From Hemiscyllium ocellatum (lineage: Eukaryota): 64,000 bases of DNA. The notes beneath the pieces were generated by a model. The model saw nothing but the letters and a program-made list of their open reading frames with translations. It ran no database searches and had not been told where the DNA came from. The translations under genes were made by a program, and so were the position numbers. The stretch covers positions 53,077,931-53,141,930 of the forward strand of contig NC_083420.1 of NCBI RefSeq assembly GCF_020745735.1, in the 5' to 3' direction. This document shows, piece after piece, positions 1 through 11,140 of the stretch; position 1 is the stretch's first letter; each line of letters starts with the position of its first letter.

Positions 1-300
1 TTTCCACAAGTGCACCTGCTACTTCTCCTGCCATCTCTGTTAGCACCCTGGGATGCATTTCATCAGGGCCAGGACAATTGTCCTTAGCTCGATTAGCTTG
101 TCCAATACCACCTCTTTTGCGATAATGATTGTTTCCAGGTCTTCACCATCTTCGACTCCTTGTCAGTCTCTGGCATGTTATTCAAGTCCTCTACAGTAAA
201 GACAGAAACAAAATACCTGTCCAATGCCTTGACCATTTCCTCATACCCCATTACTAAATCCCCCTTCTCATCCAGTAAAGTTTTAATATTTGAGAAGGGG
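1..300 (-). mobile_element. CR1-like LINE fragment
   Basis: ALDRYFVSVFTVED and PGPDEMHPRVL-like motifs on the minus strand. Confidence 0.65.
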
Positions 301-701
301 GATGATCTCTCTCTGACATCTCTCTTGTAAGAACCTGTCTTTGAATTTGCCTTTTTGCCAAGGGATGCCAAGGAAATTGGAACAGTATCATTAAGTTGCG
401 ATGGAGTCATTGGGTTTTCAGTTAATCATTCTATATTCTATTCTCTTTTGTTCATGTTTCATTCAGTAGTCTGTAAATAAATTCTGTTCAAAACTGAATG
501 ATTTGATTAACTGCATCACTCCTGGAATATCCACATTATACCTGCTTAAAACAACTCAAAAAGCTAGGGTCTGGGCTACTTTCTTGAAATGTTTTGAGGG
601 GGTCTGGCCTGGTCCATAACAGATGTAAACCAAGTTACCATCTGCCCTCTTAGGTAGAAAAATTCTGTGGCACTATTTCAAAGAGCAGAGAGTTGCACTT
701 T

Positions 702-2320
702 TCATCAGTATTCACATTGGAAAAGGGCAATGGTGGTGAGAATATGGAGATACAGGCTACAAGATTAGATTGAAGTTGAGAAAGAGGAAGTTTTAGCAAT
801 TTTGGAAGATCTCAAAACAGATAAGGCTCCTGGATTCATCCTCGTATTCTCTGGGAAACCAGGGAGGAGATTGCAGAGCCTTTGGCTTCAATTTTTATGT
901 CATCATTGTCGACAGGAGTAGTGCCAGAAGACTGGGAGATAGCAAATTTTTAAGAAGGGGAGTCAGGACAAGCCTGGTAATTATAGGCCAGTGAGCCTTA
1001 CTTCTGTTGTGGGTAAGGTGTTGGAAAAGCTTATAAGAGATAGGATTTATAATCATCTAGAAAGGAATATGTTGATTAGGGATAGTCAACATGGTTTTGT
1101 GTAGGGTAGGTCGTGCCTCACAAACCTTGTTGAATTCTTTGAGAAGGTGACCAAACAGGTGGATGAGGGTAAAACGGTTGATGTGGTGTATATGGACTTC
1201 CGTAAGGCTTTTGATAAGGTTCCACACTGTCGGCTATTGCACAAACTAAGGAATTTCAGGACTGAAGGTGATTTAGTGGTTTGGATCAGAAATTGGCTAG
1301 CTGAAAGAAGACCAAGGGTGGTGGTTGATGGGAAATGTTCATCCTGGAGCTCAGTTACCAGTGGTGTGCAGCAAGGATCTGTTTAGGGGCCATTGCTGTT
1401 TGTCATTTTTATAAATGATCTGCATGTAGGTATAGAAGGATGGGTTAGTAAATTTGCAGATGACAGTAAGGTAGGCAGAGTTGTGGATAGTGCCGAAGGA
1501 TATTGTGGGTTACAGAGGGACATAGAAAAGATGCACAGCTGAGCTGAGAAGTGGCAAATGGAGTTTAATGAGGTAGTTCACTTTGGAAGAAATAACATGA
1601 ATGTAGAGTACTAGGCTAATGGTAAAATTCTTGGCAGTGTAGATGAACAGAGAGATCTTGGTATCCATGTGCATAAATCCCTGAAAGTTGCCACCCAGGT
1701 TGATAGGGCTGTTAAGACGGCATATGGTGTGTTGGCGCTTATTGGTATGGAGATTGAGTTTTAGAGCCACAAGGTCATGCTTCAGTTGTACAAGACATTG
1801 GTAAGGTCGCACCTGAAGTATTGTGTGCAGTTCTGGTCACCGCATTATAGAATGGATGTGGAAGCTTTGGAAAGTGTTCCGAGGAGATTTATGAGGATGC
1901 TGCCTGATATGGTAGGAAGGTCTCATGAAGAAAGGCTGAGGGAACTGAGGCTGTTTTCGTTGGAGATAAAAAGGTTGAGAGGGGACTTAATCGAGATGTA
2001 TAAGATAATCAGAGGGTTAGATAGGGTGGACAGTAAGAGCCTTTTTCGTTGGATGGTGAAAGCTAACATGAGGGGACATAGCTTTAAGTTGAGGGGTGAT
2101 AGATTTAGGGGTAGTTTCTTCACTCAGAGAGTAGTAGGGGCATGGAACAGCCTGCCTGCAACACTAGTAGACTCATCGACTTTAAGGGCATTTAAATGGG
2201 CATTAGACATTCATATGGATGACGGTGTTATTAGGTTAGATGGTCATCAGATTATTTTCACAAGTCGGTGCAAGATCGAGGGCCGAAGGGCCTGTAGTGC
2301 GCTGTAACGTTCTATGTTCA
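702..2320 (+). mobile_element. 5'-truncated CR1-clade LINE (RT), degenerate
   Basis: [23 protein letters not shown] and KFADD motifs with stops; TTCTATGTTC tail. Confidence 0.9.
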
Positions 2321-3031
2321 ATATTTTATGTTAACACATGCCATCATTTATCACACAACATGCTTTATTTAAAAAAAAACAGGATTATCTGCTAACACCA
2401 TATTACTGTTTGTGAGAGTCTGCCATGCACACAAATTGGCTGCCATGATTCTTATTTTAAAATAGCAAATGTCTATAAAAGTACTTTATTATCTGTGAAG
2501 TATCTTGGGATATTCCGAGATCATGAAACATGTTATCTACACAAATACAAGCTTTTCTTCTGATACATTTGCAAAATGTGTTATTTAACACTTTACATAA
2601 AAGTGCACAATTGCAAAAAGTATCAAAGTTTTTAAAGATGACTGAGAAATATACTTTAATAAAAATGTTCTTTGTGTCTAGCAAGTTCTTGATTCTGTTG
2701 TGCAGCATAAGAATCCCAAAAATAATGGTGCTTTTGTTTTAAGATGAAAGCAATGAATAAAACAATAAGCTGCAGATTTTTCAGAACTGGCATGGTGATG
2801 TGGTGCCACCTGCCAGAGAAACCGATAAATGCTTTGCAATATCAACAAGATGCTTGAAGTACTTTACAGTTCATCTCCATACAGGAAAAAAAAGACACTT
2901 AATGTTTTACTGGCAATCCTCCTCATCAGAAATGAAAAGAATTAGAAATGAGCTATATTATCTGAGCAATCCTCACCAATGACCATCCTGGGGCAGTCTT
3001 TTTGACACCATCTTATTTTAGTGGAGGGATC

Positions 3032-3180
3032 AAAAACAAGGACTGCAGATGCTGGAAACTAGAGTCTAGATTAGAGTGGTGCTGAAAAACACAGCAGCAA
3101 AAGCCCGAAACGTCGATTTTCCTGCTCCTTGGATGCTGCCTGACCAGCTGTGCTTTTCCAGCACCACTCTAATCTAGACA
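3032..3180. mobile_element. Fold-back PLE-end element
   Basis: Arms GTCTAGATTAGAGTGGTGCTG / CAGCACCACTCTAATCTAGAC; GCCCGAAACGTC half-hammerhead; AGGGATC direct repeat at 3025 and 3181. Confidence 0.7.
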
Positions 3181-3299
3181 AGGGATCTATAGAGCCAACT
3201 GAGTCATGTGCGAGTAAAGAAAACCACTTGCTAATCTCTTATATTAAACAAGCAGTAGCTGATTGCATGTTGGCAACTGCATACAAGTTACAGTGATTG

Positions 3300-3545
3300 G
3301 ATGGCAGGGTGACTCAGTGGTTAGCACTTCTGCCTCACAGCACCGGGAACCCGGATTCAATTCCATCTTCAGGCGAGTGTCTGTGTGGAGTTTGCGTATT
3401 CTCCCCATGTCTGCGTGGGTGTCTTCCCACTGTCCAACGATGTGCAGAGAATGGGTGGGGGGGCTGTGTGGGATGCTATTCAGAGGGTCAGTGTGGACCC
3501 AATGGGCTGAATGGCCAACCATCACACTGTAGGGATTCCATGATA
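3300..3545 (+). mobile_element. V-SINE copy; others at ~29175-29470, 29690-29830, 30190-30435 (-), 47360-47670 (-), 48240-48432 (-) and 59484-59565
   Basis: tRNA-like head and/or V domain and 3' tail shared with 31909-32226. Confidence 0.8.
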
Positions 3546-3869
3546 TCACAGAAACTATCCAGGACCTGAATGGTCGGACTTATTCCTTCAAGATCGTAAC
3601 CTGCTCTCTGACCCGGTCCACATGGGGTATAATTGGGACATTCCTCAGTATTCTCCCTTTCAGACCTTATACCATCGTATAATAGGTGAACAAAAGGTGT
3701 AAATAAGAAAAACTTACAAAATGTTTGCTGAAAGTTAAACATTAAATGCTAAGCTAATATTGAGATGAAAGGATATAAAACACATTAAAGGCAGTTAAGA
3801 GATACAGAGAACCTCTGAATGGTTTAGTTCATTGTGCACTGCAATTGGATTCCCACTACACGGGGAAGC

Positions 3870-4150
3870 GATGCTTAGTGGCATTACTGGTAGATTTTCT
3901 GGGGAACCTGTTCTGTGACAGATAGTTAAAATTTGAGTTCAATAAAAATCTGGAATTAAGAATAAGTCATTGCTGACCATCAGGGAAAAACCCATCTGGT
4001 TCACTAATGCTCTCTAGAGAAGGAAACTGCCATCTTTAGCTGGTCTGGCCTACATGTGACTCCAGATCCACAGCTGTGTAGTTGGGGTGGGTAATTAGGG
4101 ATGGGTAATATATGCTTTTTAGCCAGCAACACCTAATTCTCATGAATAAT
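3870..4150 (+). mobile_element. Second SINE-like repeat family (also ~28870-29160 and 32340-32480 (-))
   Basis: Shared CCCATCTGGTTCACT...GGAAGG...ACATGTGACTCCAGA block in three places. Confidence 0.6.
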
Positions 4151-4897
4151 AAAAAAAACTGCAACTATTTGCCCTCACATGCTCAGAAATCATTATGTTT
4201 GGCCATAAATGTAAGTGTGAAATTTAGGGTATTGAAGTGAATATATCATCAGAGATCCACAAATGCCCAGGTTCTGCTCCTCAGGTTAATGTTGAATTAG
4301 GACAGTATTAAAGGCTGCGCAGCGGTAACTGCAATGGCAGGAACTAGCATTAAGGGCATGATCTTACTGCTGAAAGAAAGTCAGAGAGTTTTAAGCATGA
4401 AAAGAGGCCATTCAGCCCATTGTGTCAATGCCAGTCATTGAGCACTTATCTACTGCAGTCCTATTTTCCAGCATTTGGGCCCATTGACCAAGATGCTAGA
4501 TAATGCTTGAGGTGTTTGTCTAAATATTTGTGAAATGTTTTTGGCCACTTCTTTTGGCTTTTAGGCATTGAGTTGCAGACATCAGTGAAAAGACATCCTT
4601 AGATGCTCTCGAAATACCCTTTACCTTAAAAGTCTCCCCCTAGTTATTGACCCATCAACTAAGAAGAAAAGTTTATTTACATGGAACACCTCTACGCACA
4701 TCGCAATTTTGCAAACCTTAATCAGGCCTTCTCTTTGCTTTCTTGGAATTGTGTTACAAAATGTAAACTAATTGTTTTTCTCTACACTAATATTTCCTAC
4801 ATATTCACTATTTGGAGATGCCGGTGTTGGACTGGAGTGTACAACATTAAAAATCACACAACACCAGGTTATAGTCCAACAGGTTTAACTGGAAGCA

Positions 4898-4932
4898 CAC
4901 TAGCTTTCGGAGCGACGCTCCTTCATCAGGTG
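4898..4932 (-). ncRNA. Minimal hammerhead ribozyme motif in the inverted arm of the PLE
   Basis: Reverse complement CAC-CTGATGA-A-GGAGC-GTC-GCTCC-GAAA-GCTA-GTG. Confidence 0.75.
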
Positions 4933-7413
4933 ATTGTGGAGGGCTTGATCGTAACACAGAAGTTATAGCAAAAATTTGCAGTGTGATGTAACTGAAATTA
5001 TACATTGAAAAATCGATCGTCTTTAAGCCTTTCATCTGTTAGAATACAGTGATAGTTTCACTTCTTTCATGTGTAAATCACAAAACCCTTTTTTTTTAAA
5101 GTTGCATTCTCGGGTTAGCTATTAACAATGGTGATAGCTAGACAATATGTTGAAGGTGTTAGCCCCCTGTGTTCTCTGTCTATGACCTGATGTTTAAATT
5201 AATTCTAACCTAAAAAGTGAGATAACAGAGTTTTACATAAATTCATGCAGTTTTTGAGCTCAGAGTTCTACGTGAATGTATGCAGTTTTTGAGCAAAGTG
5301 CAATGTAACTCTGCAAGTACAAATTCAGCACACAAAATATATGTGTGCATGTGGGTCTTTGTCTGTCTGTGTGTGTGTCTGTCTGTCTGGGGTGGGGATT
5401 GTGAGTGTGAGAAAGTGTGTGTGTGTATGTGTGTGTGTAATGGGTGCAGAGTGTCTTAAGTCTGTGAGGGGGTGCATGTGTGAGTGTGTGTGTCTATAAG
5501 GGTGTGTGTGAGTATCTGTGTGCGCATCTGTGTGTACCTGTGTCCGTGTGTATGTGAAAGTGTGTGTGTGTGTAGTGCAATGGTGATTACCTGTAGTGTG
5601 ACATGAACCCAAGGTCCCTGTTGAGGCCCTCCCTATGGGTACCGAACTTAGCTATCAGCCTCTGCTCGGCCACTTTCCTCTGCTGCCTGTCCCAAAGTCC
5701 ACCTTGGAGGATGGTCACCCGAAGGTCCGAGGCTGAATGTCCTGGAGCACTGAAGTGTTCCCCAACTGGGAGGGAACCCCCCTGTCTGTTGATTGTTGTG
5801 CGGTGCCCATTCATCTGTTGTCGTAGCCTTTGCTCGGTTTCCCCAATGTACCATGCCTCAGGGCATCCTTGCCTGCAACCCTCACCAGCATCCCCCACAA
5901 GGATGGCATCGCGGCAACAGCCTCAGTACTCAACAACAACTGCCAGTCTCCAAACACCATCCTACAATTCATCCACTTTATCCTTGATCATAATGTCTTC
6001 ACTTTTGACAACCAATTCTTCATCCAGACACACGGAACAGCCATGGGGACCAAATTTGCACCCCAACATGCCAACATTTTATGCACATGTTCGAACAAGA
6101 TTTCTTCTCTATGCAGGATCTCCAACCAACATTGTACACCAGGTACATTGATGACATTTTCTTCCTCTGGACCCATGGCAAGGAGTCACTGATAAAACTA
6201 CACAGTGACATCAACAAGTTCCATCCCACCATCAAACTCACCATGGACTACTCTCAACTGTCTGTCTCATTCTTGGACACGTGCGTCTTCATCAAGGACG
6301 GACACCCCAGCACTACACTCTACCGCAAACCCACAGACAACCTCACAATGCTACACTTCTCCAGCTTCCACCCAAAACATATTAAAACAGCCATTCCCTA
6401 TGGACAAACCCTACGCATACACCGGATCTGCTCAGATGAGGAGGAACGTGACGGACACCTGGAAGTACTCAAGGATGCCCTCACAAGGACGGGGTACAAT
6501 GCTCAACTCATCGACCGCCAGTTCTGACGTGCCACAGCGAGGAACCATAATGACCTCCTCAGGAGACAGACACGTGCTGCAACTGACAGGGTACCCTTCA
6601 TTGTTCAGTACTTCACAGGGGCTGAAAAATTACACCATGTTCTTCGTGACCTGCAACACATTATCAATGAGGATGAGCACCTCACTAAGACCTTCTCCAT
6701 ACCTCCACTACTTGCCTTTAAACAACTGCCAAACCTCAAACAGATCATTGTTCGTAGCAAACTGCCCGACTCTCAGGACAACTCCATACAACCCTGTGAC
6801 GGTGGACGCTGCAAGACATGTCAGATTGTGAACATAGATACCACTATTACGCATGGGAACACCTCCCACCTTGTACATGGCAGGTACTCATGTGACTCAG
6901 CCAACGTTGTCTGTCTTATATGTTGTAGGCAAGGATGCCCGGAGGCATGGTACATTGGGGAAACCGAGCAAAGGCTATGACAATGGATGAATGGGCACAC
7001 ATATATTTTGTGTGCTGAATTTGTACTTGCAGAGTTACATTGCACTTTGCTCAAAAACTGCATACATTCACGTAGAACTCTGAGCTCAAAAACTGCATGA
7101 ATTTATGTAAAACTCTGTAATCTCACTTTTTAGATTAGAATCAATCTTAACATCAGGTCATAGACAGAGAACACAGGGGGCTAACACCTTCAACATATTG
7201 TCTAGCTATCACCATTGTTAACAGCTAACCCGAGAATGCAACTTTTAAACAAAAGGGTTTTGTGATTTACACATGAAAGAAGTGAAACTATCACTGTATT
7301 CTAACAGATGAAAGGCTTAACAGACAATCAATTTTTCAATCTATAATTTCAGTTACATCACATTGTAAATTGTTGCTATAAATTCTGTGTCTTAGGATTG
7401 AGCCCTCCACTAT

Positions 7414-7448
7414 CACCTGATGAAGGAGCATCGCTCCGAAAGCTAGTG
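7414..7448 (+). ncRNA. Minimal type I hammerhead ribozyme motif in the PLE terminal repeat
   Basis: CAC-CTGATGA-A-GGAGC-ATC-GCTCC-GAAA-GC-TA-GTG: core, stem II, palindromic AGCT stem III, CAC/GTG stem I. Confidence 0.75.
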
Positions 7449-7541
7449 CTTCCAATTAAACCTGTTGGACTATAACCTGGTGTTGTGTGATTTTTAACTT
7501 TGTACATATTCACTGTAAGGGAGCACGTAAACGTCATTTTA

Positions 7542-7695
7542 TGTGTGTCAGTGTGTACCTCGCGAGGCGCCATCTTGTGTGTGTCAGTGTGTACCTCGCG
7601 AGGCGCCATCTTGTGTGTGTCAGTGCGGACCACATGGGGCGCCATCTTGTGTGTGTCAGTGTGTACCTCGCGAGGCGCCATGTTGTGTGTGTCAG
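7542..7695. promoter_or_regulatory. NDUFB10 proximal promoter: 4+ tandem 36-bp units with YY1-like (GGCGCCATCTTG) and CCTCGCGAGG motifs
   Basis: Unit TGTGTGTCAGTGTGTACCTCGCGAGGCGCCATCTTG starts at 7542, 7578, 7614 (variant), 7650 and 7686 (partial); ends about 45 nt before the ATG. Confidence 0.8.
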
Positions 7696-7740
7696 AGAGT
7701 GCGGCTGCGCAGTTCGTGCTGGGCCCTGACGGTCGGAGCG

Positions 7741-7888
7741 ATGCCTGAGGACTGGGACAAGGACGTTTACCGGCAGCCGGACAGCCGGACCCCGGAGGTG
7801 GACAAGAAGACCGGACTGCCCAACCCGGCGGTTATTGTCAGCAAACTATTCTACTACACGGTCGACTTGCCGGTGACAACCTTCAGAG
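7741..7888 (+). CDS. NDUFB10: NADH:ubiquinone oxidoreductase subunit B10, coding exon 1
   Basis: ATG at 7741; MPEDWDKDVYRQPDSRTP...LPNPAVIVSKLFYYTVDLPVTTFR resembles the NDUFB10 N-terminus; donor G|GTGAGG at 7889 (phase 1). Confidence 0.96.
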
Positions 7889-7909
7889 GTGAGGCAGAGG
7901 AAGAACGTC

Positions 7910-9340
7910 AGGGAGAGAGAGAGAGGGGGGAATGGGGAGGGGGGGGGGAGAGAGTGAGGGGGGGAATGGGGAGGGGGGGGGNNNNNNNNNNNNNNNNNNN
8001 NNNNNNNNNNNNNNNNNNNNNNNNNNNNNNNNNNNNNNNNNNNNNNNNNNNNNNNNNNNNNNNNNNNNNNNNNNNNNNNNNGGGAGAGGGTTGAGGGGTC
8101 AGGGGGAATGAGGCGGGAGAGGGTTGAGGGGTCAGGGGGAATGAGGCGGGAGAGGGTTGAGGGGTCAGGGGGAATGGGGAGGGACGGGGTTGAGGGGTCG
8201 GGGGAATGGGGAGGGACGGGGTTGAGGGGTCGGGGGGAATGAGGCGGGAGGGAGAGTGAGGGGGGAATGAGGCGGGAGAGGGTTGAGGGGTCGGGGGAAT
8301 GGGGAGGGAGGGGGTTGAGGGGTCGGGGGGAATGAGGCGGGAGAGGGTTGAGGGGTCAGGGGGAATGGGGAGGGACGGGTTGAGGGGTCGGGGGAATGGG
8401 GAGGGACGGGGTTGAGGGGTCGGGGGAATGAGGCGGGAGGGAGAGTGAGGGGGAATGGGGGGGGTTGAGGGGTCGGGGGGAATGAGGCGGGAGAGGGTTG
8501 AGGGATCGGGGGGAATGAGGCGGGAGAGAGTTGAGGGGTCAGGGGGAATGGGGAGGGACGGGGTTGAGGGGTCGGGGGGATTGAGGCGGGAGGGAGAGTG
8601 AGGGGGGAATGAGGCGGGAGAGGGTTGAGGGGTCAGGGGGAATGGGGAGGGAGGGGGTTGAGGGGTCGGGGGGAATGAGGCGGGAGGGAGAGTGAGGGGG
8701 GAATGAGGCGGGAGAGGGTTGAGGGGTCAGGGGGAATGGGGAGGGAGGGGGTTGAGGGGTCGGGGGGAATGTGGCGGGAGAGGGTTGAGGGGTCAGGCGG
8801 AATGGGGAGTGAGGGGGTTGAGGGGTCGGGGGAATGGGGAGGGAGGGGTTTGAGGGGTCGGGGGGAATGGGGAGGGAGGGGTTTGAGGGGTCGGGGGAAT
8901 GGGGAGGGAGGGGGTTGAGGGGTCGGGGGGAATGGGGAGGGAGGGGGTTGAGGGTTCGGGGGAATGGGGAGGGAGGGGGTTGAGGGGTCGGGGGGAACGG
9001 GGAGGGAGGGGTTTGAGGGGTCGGGGGGAACGGGGAGGGAGGGGGTTGAGGGGTCAGGGGGGAATTGGGAGGGCGTTCAGGGGTCAGGGGAATGGGGCCG
9101 GAGGGGGATGAGGGGTCAGGGGGAATGGGGAGGGGGTTGAGGGGTCGGGGGAATGGGGAGGGATGGGGTTGAGGGGTCAGGGGGAATGGGGAGGGGGTAG
9201 AGGGGTCGGGGGGAATGGGGAGGGGGTTGAGGGGTTGGGGGGAATGAGGTGGTGGGGGTTGAGGGATCAGGGGAATGGGGAGGGGGTTGAGGGGTCAGGG
9301 GGAATGGGGAGGGGGTTGAGGGGTCAGAGGGAATGGGCTG
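7910..9340 (+). repeat. G-rich minisatellite in NDUFB10 intron 1 (with a 100-N gap)
   Basis: ~32-33 bp units GGGTTGAGGGGTCAGGGGGAATGAGGCGGGAGA and variants. Confidence 0.95.
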
Positions 9341-10419
9341 AGAAGGTTGGGAAAAATGAGAGAGGATGGGGTCAGGAAAATTTGAGTGTGTGGTTTATGA
9401 GGGAAGAGAGGAGTAGAGGATGGGTATACAAGGGGAGCTAGCGGGTGTGTGAGAGGCGAAACAAGGGGTGGGTGGGCAAGGTGTATCTCCCGAGGGTCGG
9501 AGGAAGTGGGTTCAGCAGCTCAAAGTCGTCCAGTGGCTGAATGACCTTCAGCTCCCCAACAGCTGGACGCAGAGAATCTCCTCTGTATGATGTAGCATGA
9601 GATTGGATGTTTCTACCAGACCATAGGAGGTTACTCTCCAAATGCTGCAATGGTTAAGGCAAGAAGTTCAAACAATATTTGCATTAATTCTCATCTTTCT
9701 GATACAGCAGGTAATGCTGTTCTGGTTTAGGAGTTTTGTTAATTTTACAGCATTGACACCAACTCTCCAGCTGCCTAACACTGATAAAGATCAGAACAAC
9801 AATGATCTATGAGTTTGTGCTAGAATACGAAAGAACCATGCTCCATCTCTATATCACGTTCCATCCTGATTATCACAGGATGGAATTGCTCACTAGCAGA
9901 GCAATGACATGAGGAAATTTCCTAGTTACAACAGCTTTTCATGTTTGTATCAGCCCTGATTTTGAGTTGCCTTTTGGGTTGTGCTAAGTCTTCAGTTGGT
10001 TCCTCAACTGCCTATGGCTTTATCTCCAGTTGTGATCAGGAAAATCAGGTTGAGTGTGTCAACTTGATGCAAGGCAAAACTAAAGAGGAAAGTCCCTTCC
10101 CCTCTCCCTGGATCCCCTGCACACTTCCCCAAAGCCCTCCTCAGCATCAGGACTAGATCATACCTTCATGGGAGAAACTGTTCAGCTTAATCTATCACCT
10201 GACTGTGAGTGGACTGTCTGCCCAGAGTACATTTGCCAACTGAAACATTGTTCTGTACAATGGGCTAATTTGACATTACGCACGCATGTAATGATTTTTT
10301 GGAATAATAGCAAAAACATAGAGAGGCTGAATTGATTTGATTTATTATTGTCACATACTGAAATACAGTGAAAAGTATTGTGTGTTTTTCAGACAGATCA
10401 TACCGTACATATAGGCTGG

Positions 10420-10790
10420 GACCTTTTCCCTGGACCATCAGAACCTGAGGGGTCAATTTATAAAGGTTTATAAAATCATGAGGGACAAGGATGGGGTGAA
10501 TAACAAAGGTCTTTTTCCAAGGGTAGGTTGAGTCCAAAAGTAGACGGCATAGGTTTAAGATGAGAGAGGAAAGATTTAAAAGGGACCTAAGGAGCAACCT
10601 TTTCATGCAGAGGGAGGTGCCAGAGGAAGTGGTACAGGCAGGTACAGTTACAACATTTAAAAAGCATCAGGATGGGTATATGAATAGGAAGATTTTAGAG
10701 GGATATGGGCCAAATGCTGACAAATGAGACTAGATATCTGGTTGGCATGGACAAGTTGGACTGAAGGGTCTGTATCCGTTCTCTGTGGTT
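10420..10790 (+). mobile_element. CR1 3' fragment; similar short 3' fragments at ~11420-11675, 16180-16335, 34113-34560 (-), 40460-40815, 42820-43570, 46880-47320 (-), 47830-48015 and 50195-50705 (-)
   Basis: Shared 3' UTR GGGATATGGGCCA...GGACCGAAGGGTCTGTTTCC-like motif. Confidence 0.75.
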
Positions 10791-11001
10791 CAATGCCAGT
10801 TGTGAACAGTGCAGTTTAATCTATTTAATTAAGAACGTTTTACAGTGTGATACGTTACTCAGATTGTGGGATGGACAAACAATAATTAGTAACAAAAGGG
10901 CATCTTAGATCTGTATTATTTCCAACATCCTCATTTTGTATTGATAATCGTGGATTTGTTCTGCGAAATTTGTGGGGTTTTTTTTTCAAATTGTTTTGCA
11001 G

Positions 11002-11140
11002 ATTGGGTGGAACGCCAGCGAGAAAAAAACAAGTTCTATTACTATCACCGACATTTCAGACGAGTGCCAGATTTGACGGAGTGCACTTTGGGTGATTTCC
11101 TCTGTTACTATGAGGCAGAGATGCAGTGGAGAAGAGACTA
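11002..11140 (+). CDS. NDUFB10: NDUFB10 exon 2
   Basis: Acceptor TTTTGCAG; (D)[45 protein letters not shown]; donor TA|GTATGT; 139 nt, phases match neighbouring exons. Confidence 0.96.

Larger units (their letters stand above)
4810..7502. mobile_element. Penelope-like element (RT + GIY-YIG), inverted fold-back structure with 12-bp TSD
   Basis: + strand RT motifs GTAMGTKFAP and RYIDDIF, then GIY-YIG start WYIGET; - strand GIY-YIG C-terminus at 5587-5877; ~510-bp inverted arms 4838-5348 and 6994-7506; TACATATTCACT at 4798-4809 and 7503-7514. Confidence 0.92.

Noticed and set aside
2560-4800. Expected RPL3L first exon upstream of NDUFB10 by human synteny
   Set aside because: No recognisable coding or splice evidence in this interval
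4838-7506. Interpretation of the long inverted repeats as DNA-transposon TIRs
   Set aside because: The interior encodes RT and GIY-YIG rather than a transposase, and the arms are asymmetric copies of the PLE 3' end
7542-7695. 36-bp periodic repeat resembling a CRISPR array
   Set aside because: Units are contiguous with no unique spacers, there are no cas genes, and the context is a eukaryotic promoter
7376-8094. Repeat-peptide ORFs (MAPREVHTDTHK; CVCQCVPREAPS in frame with NDUFB10)
   Set aside because: By-products of the 36-bp promoter repeat; the conserved protein starts at ATG 7741
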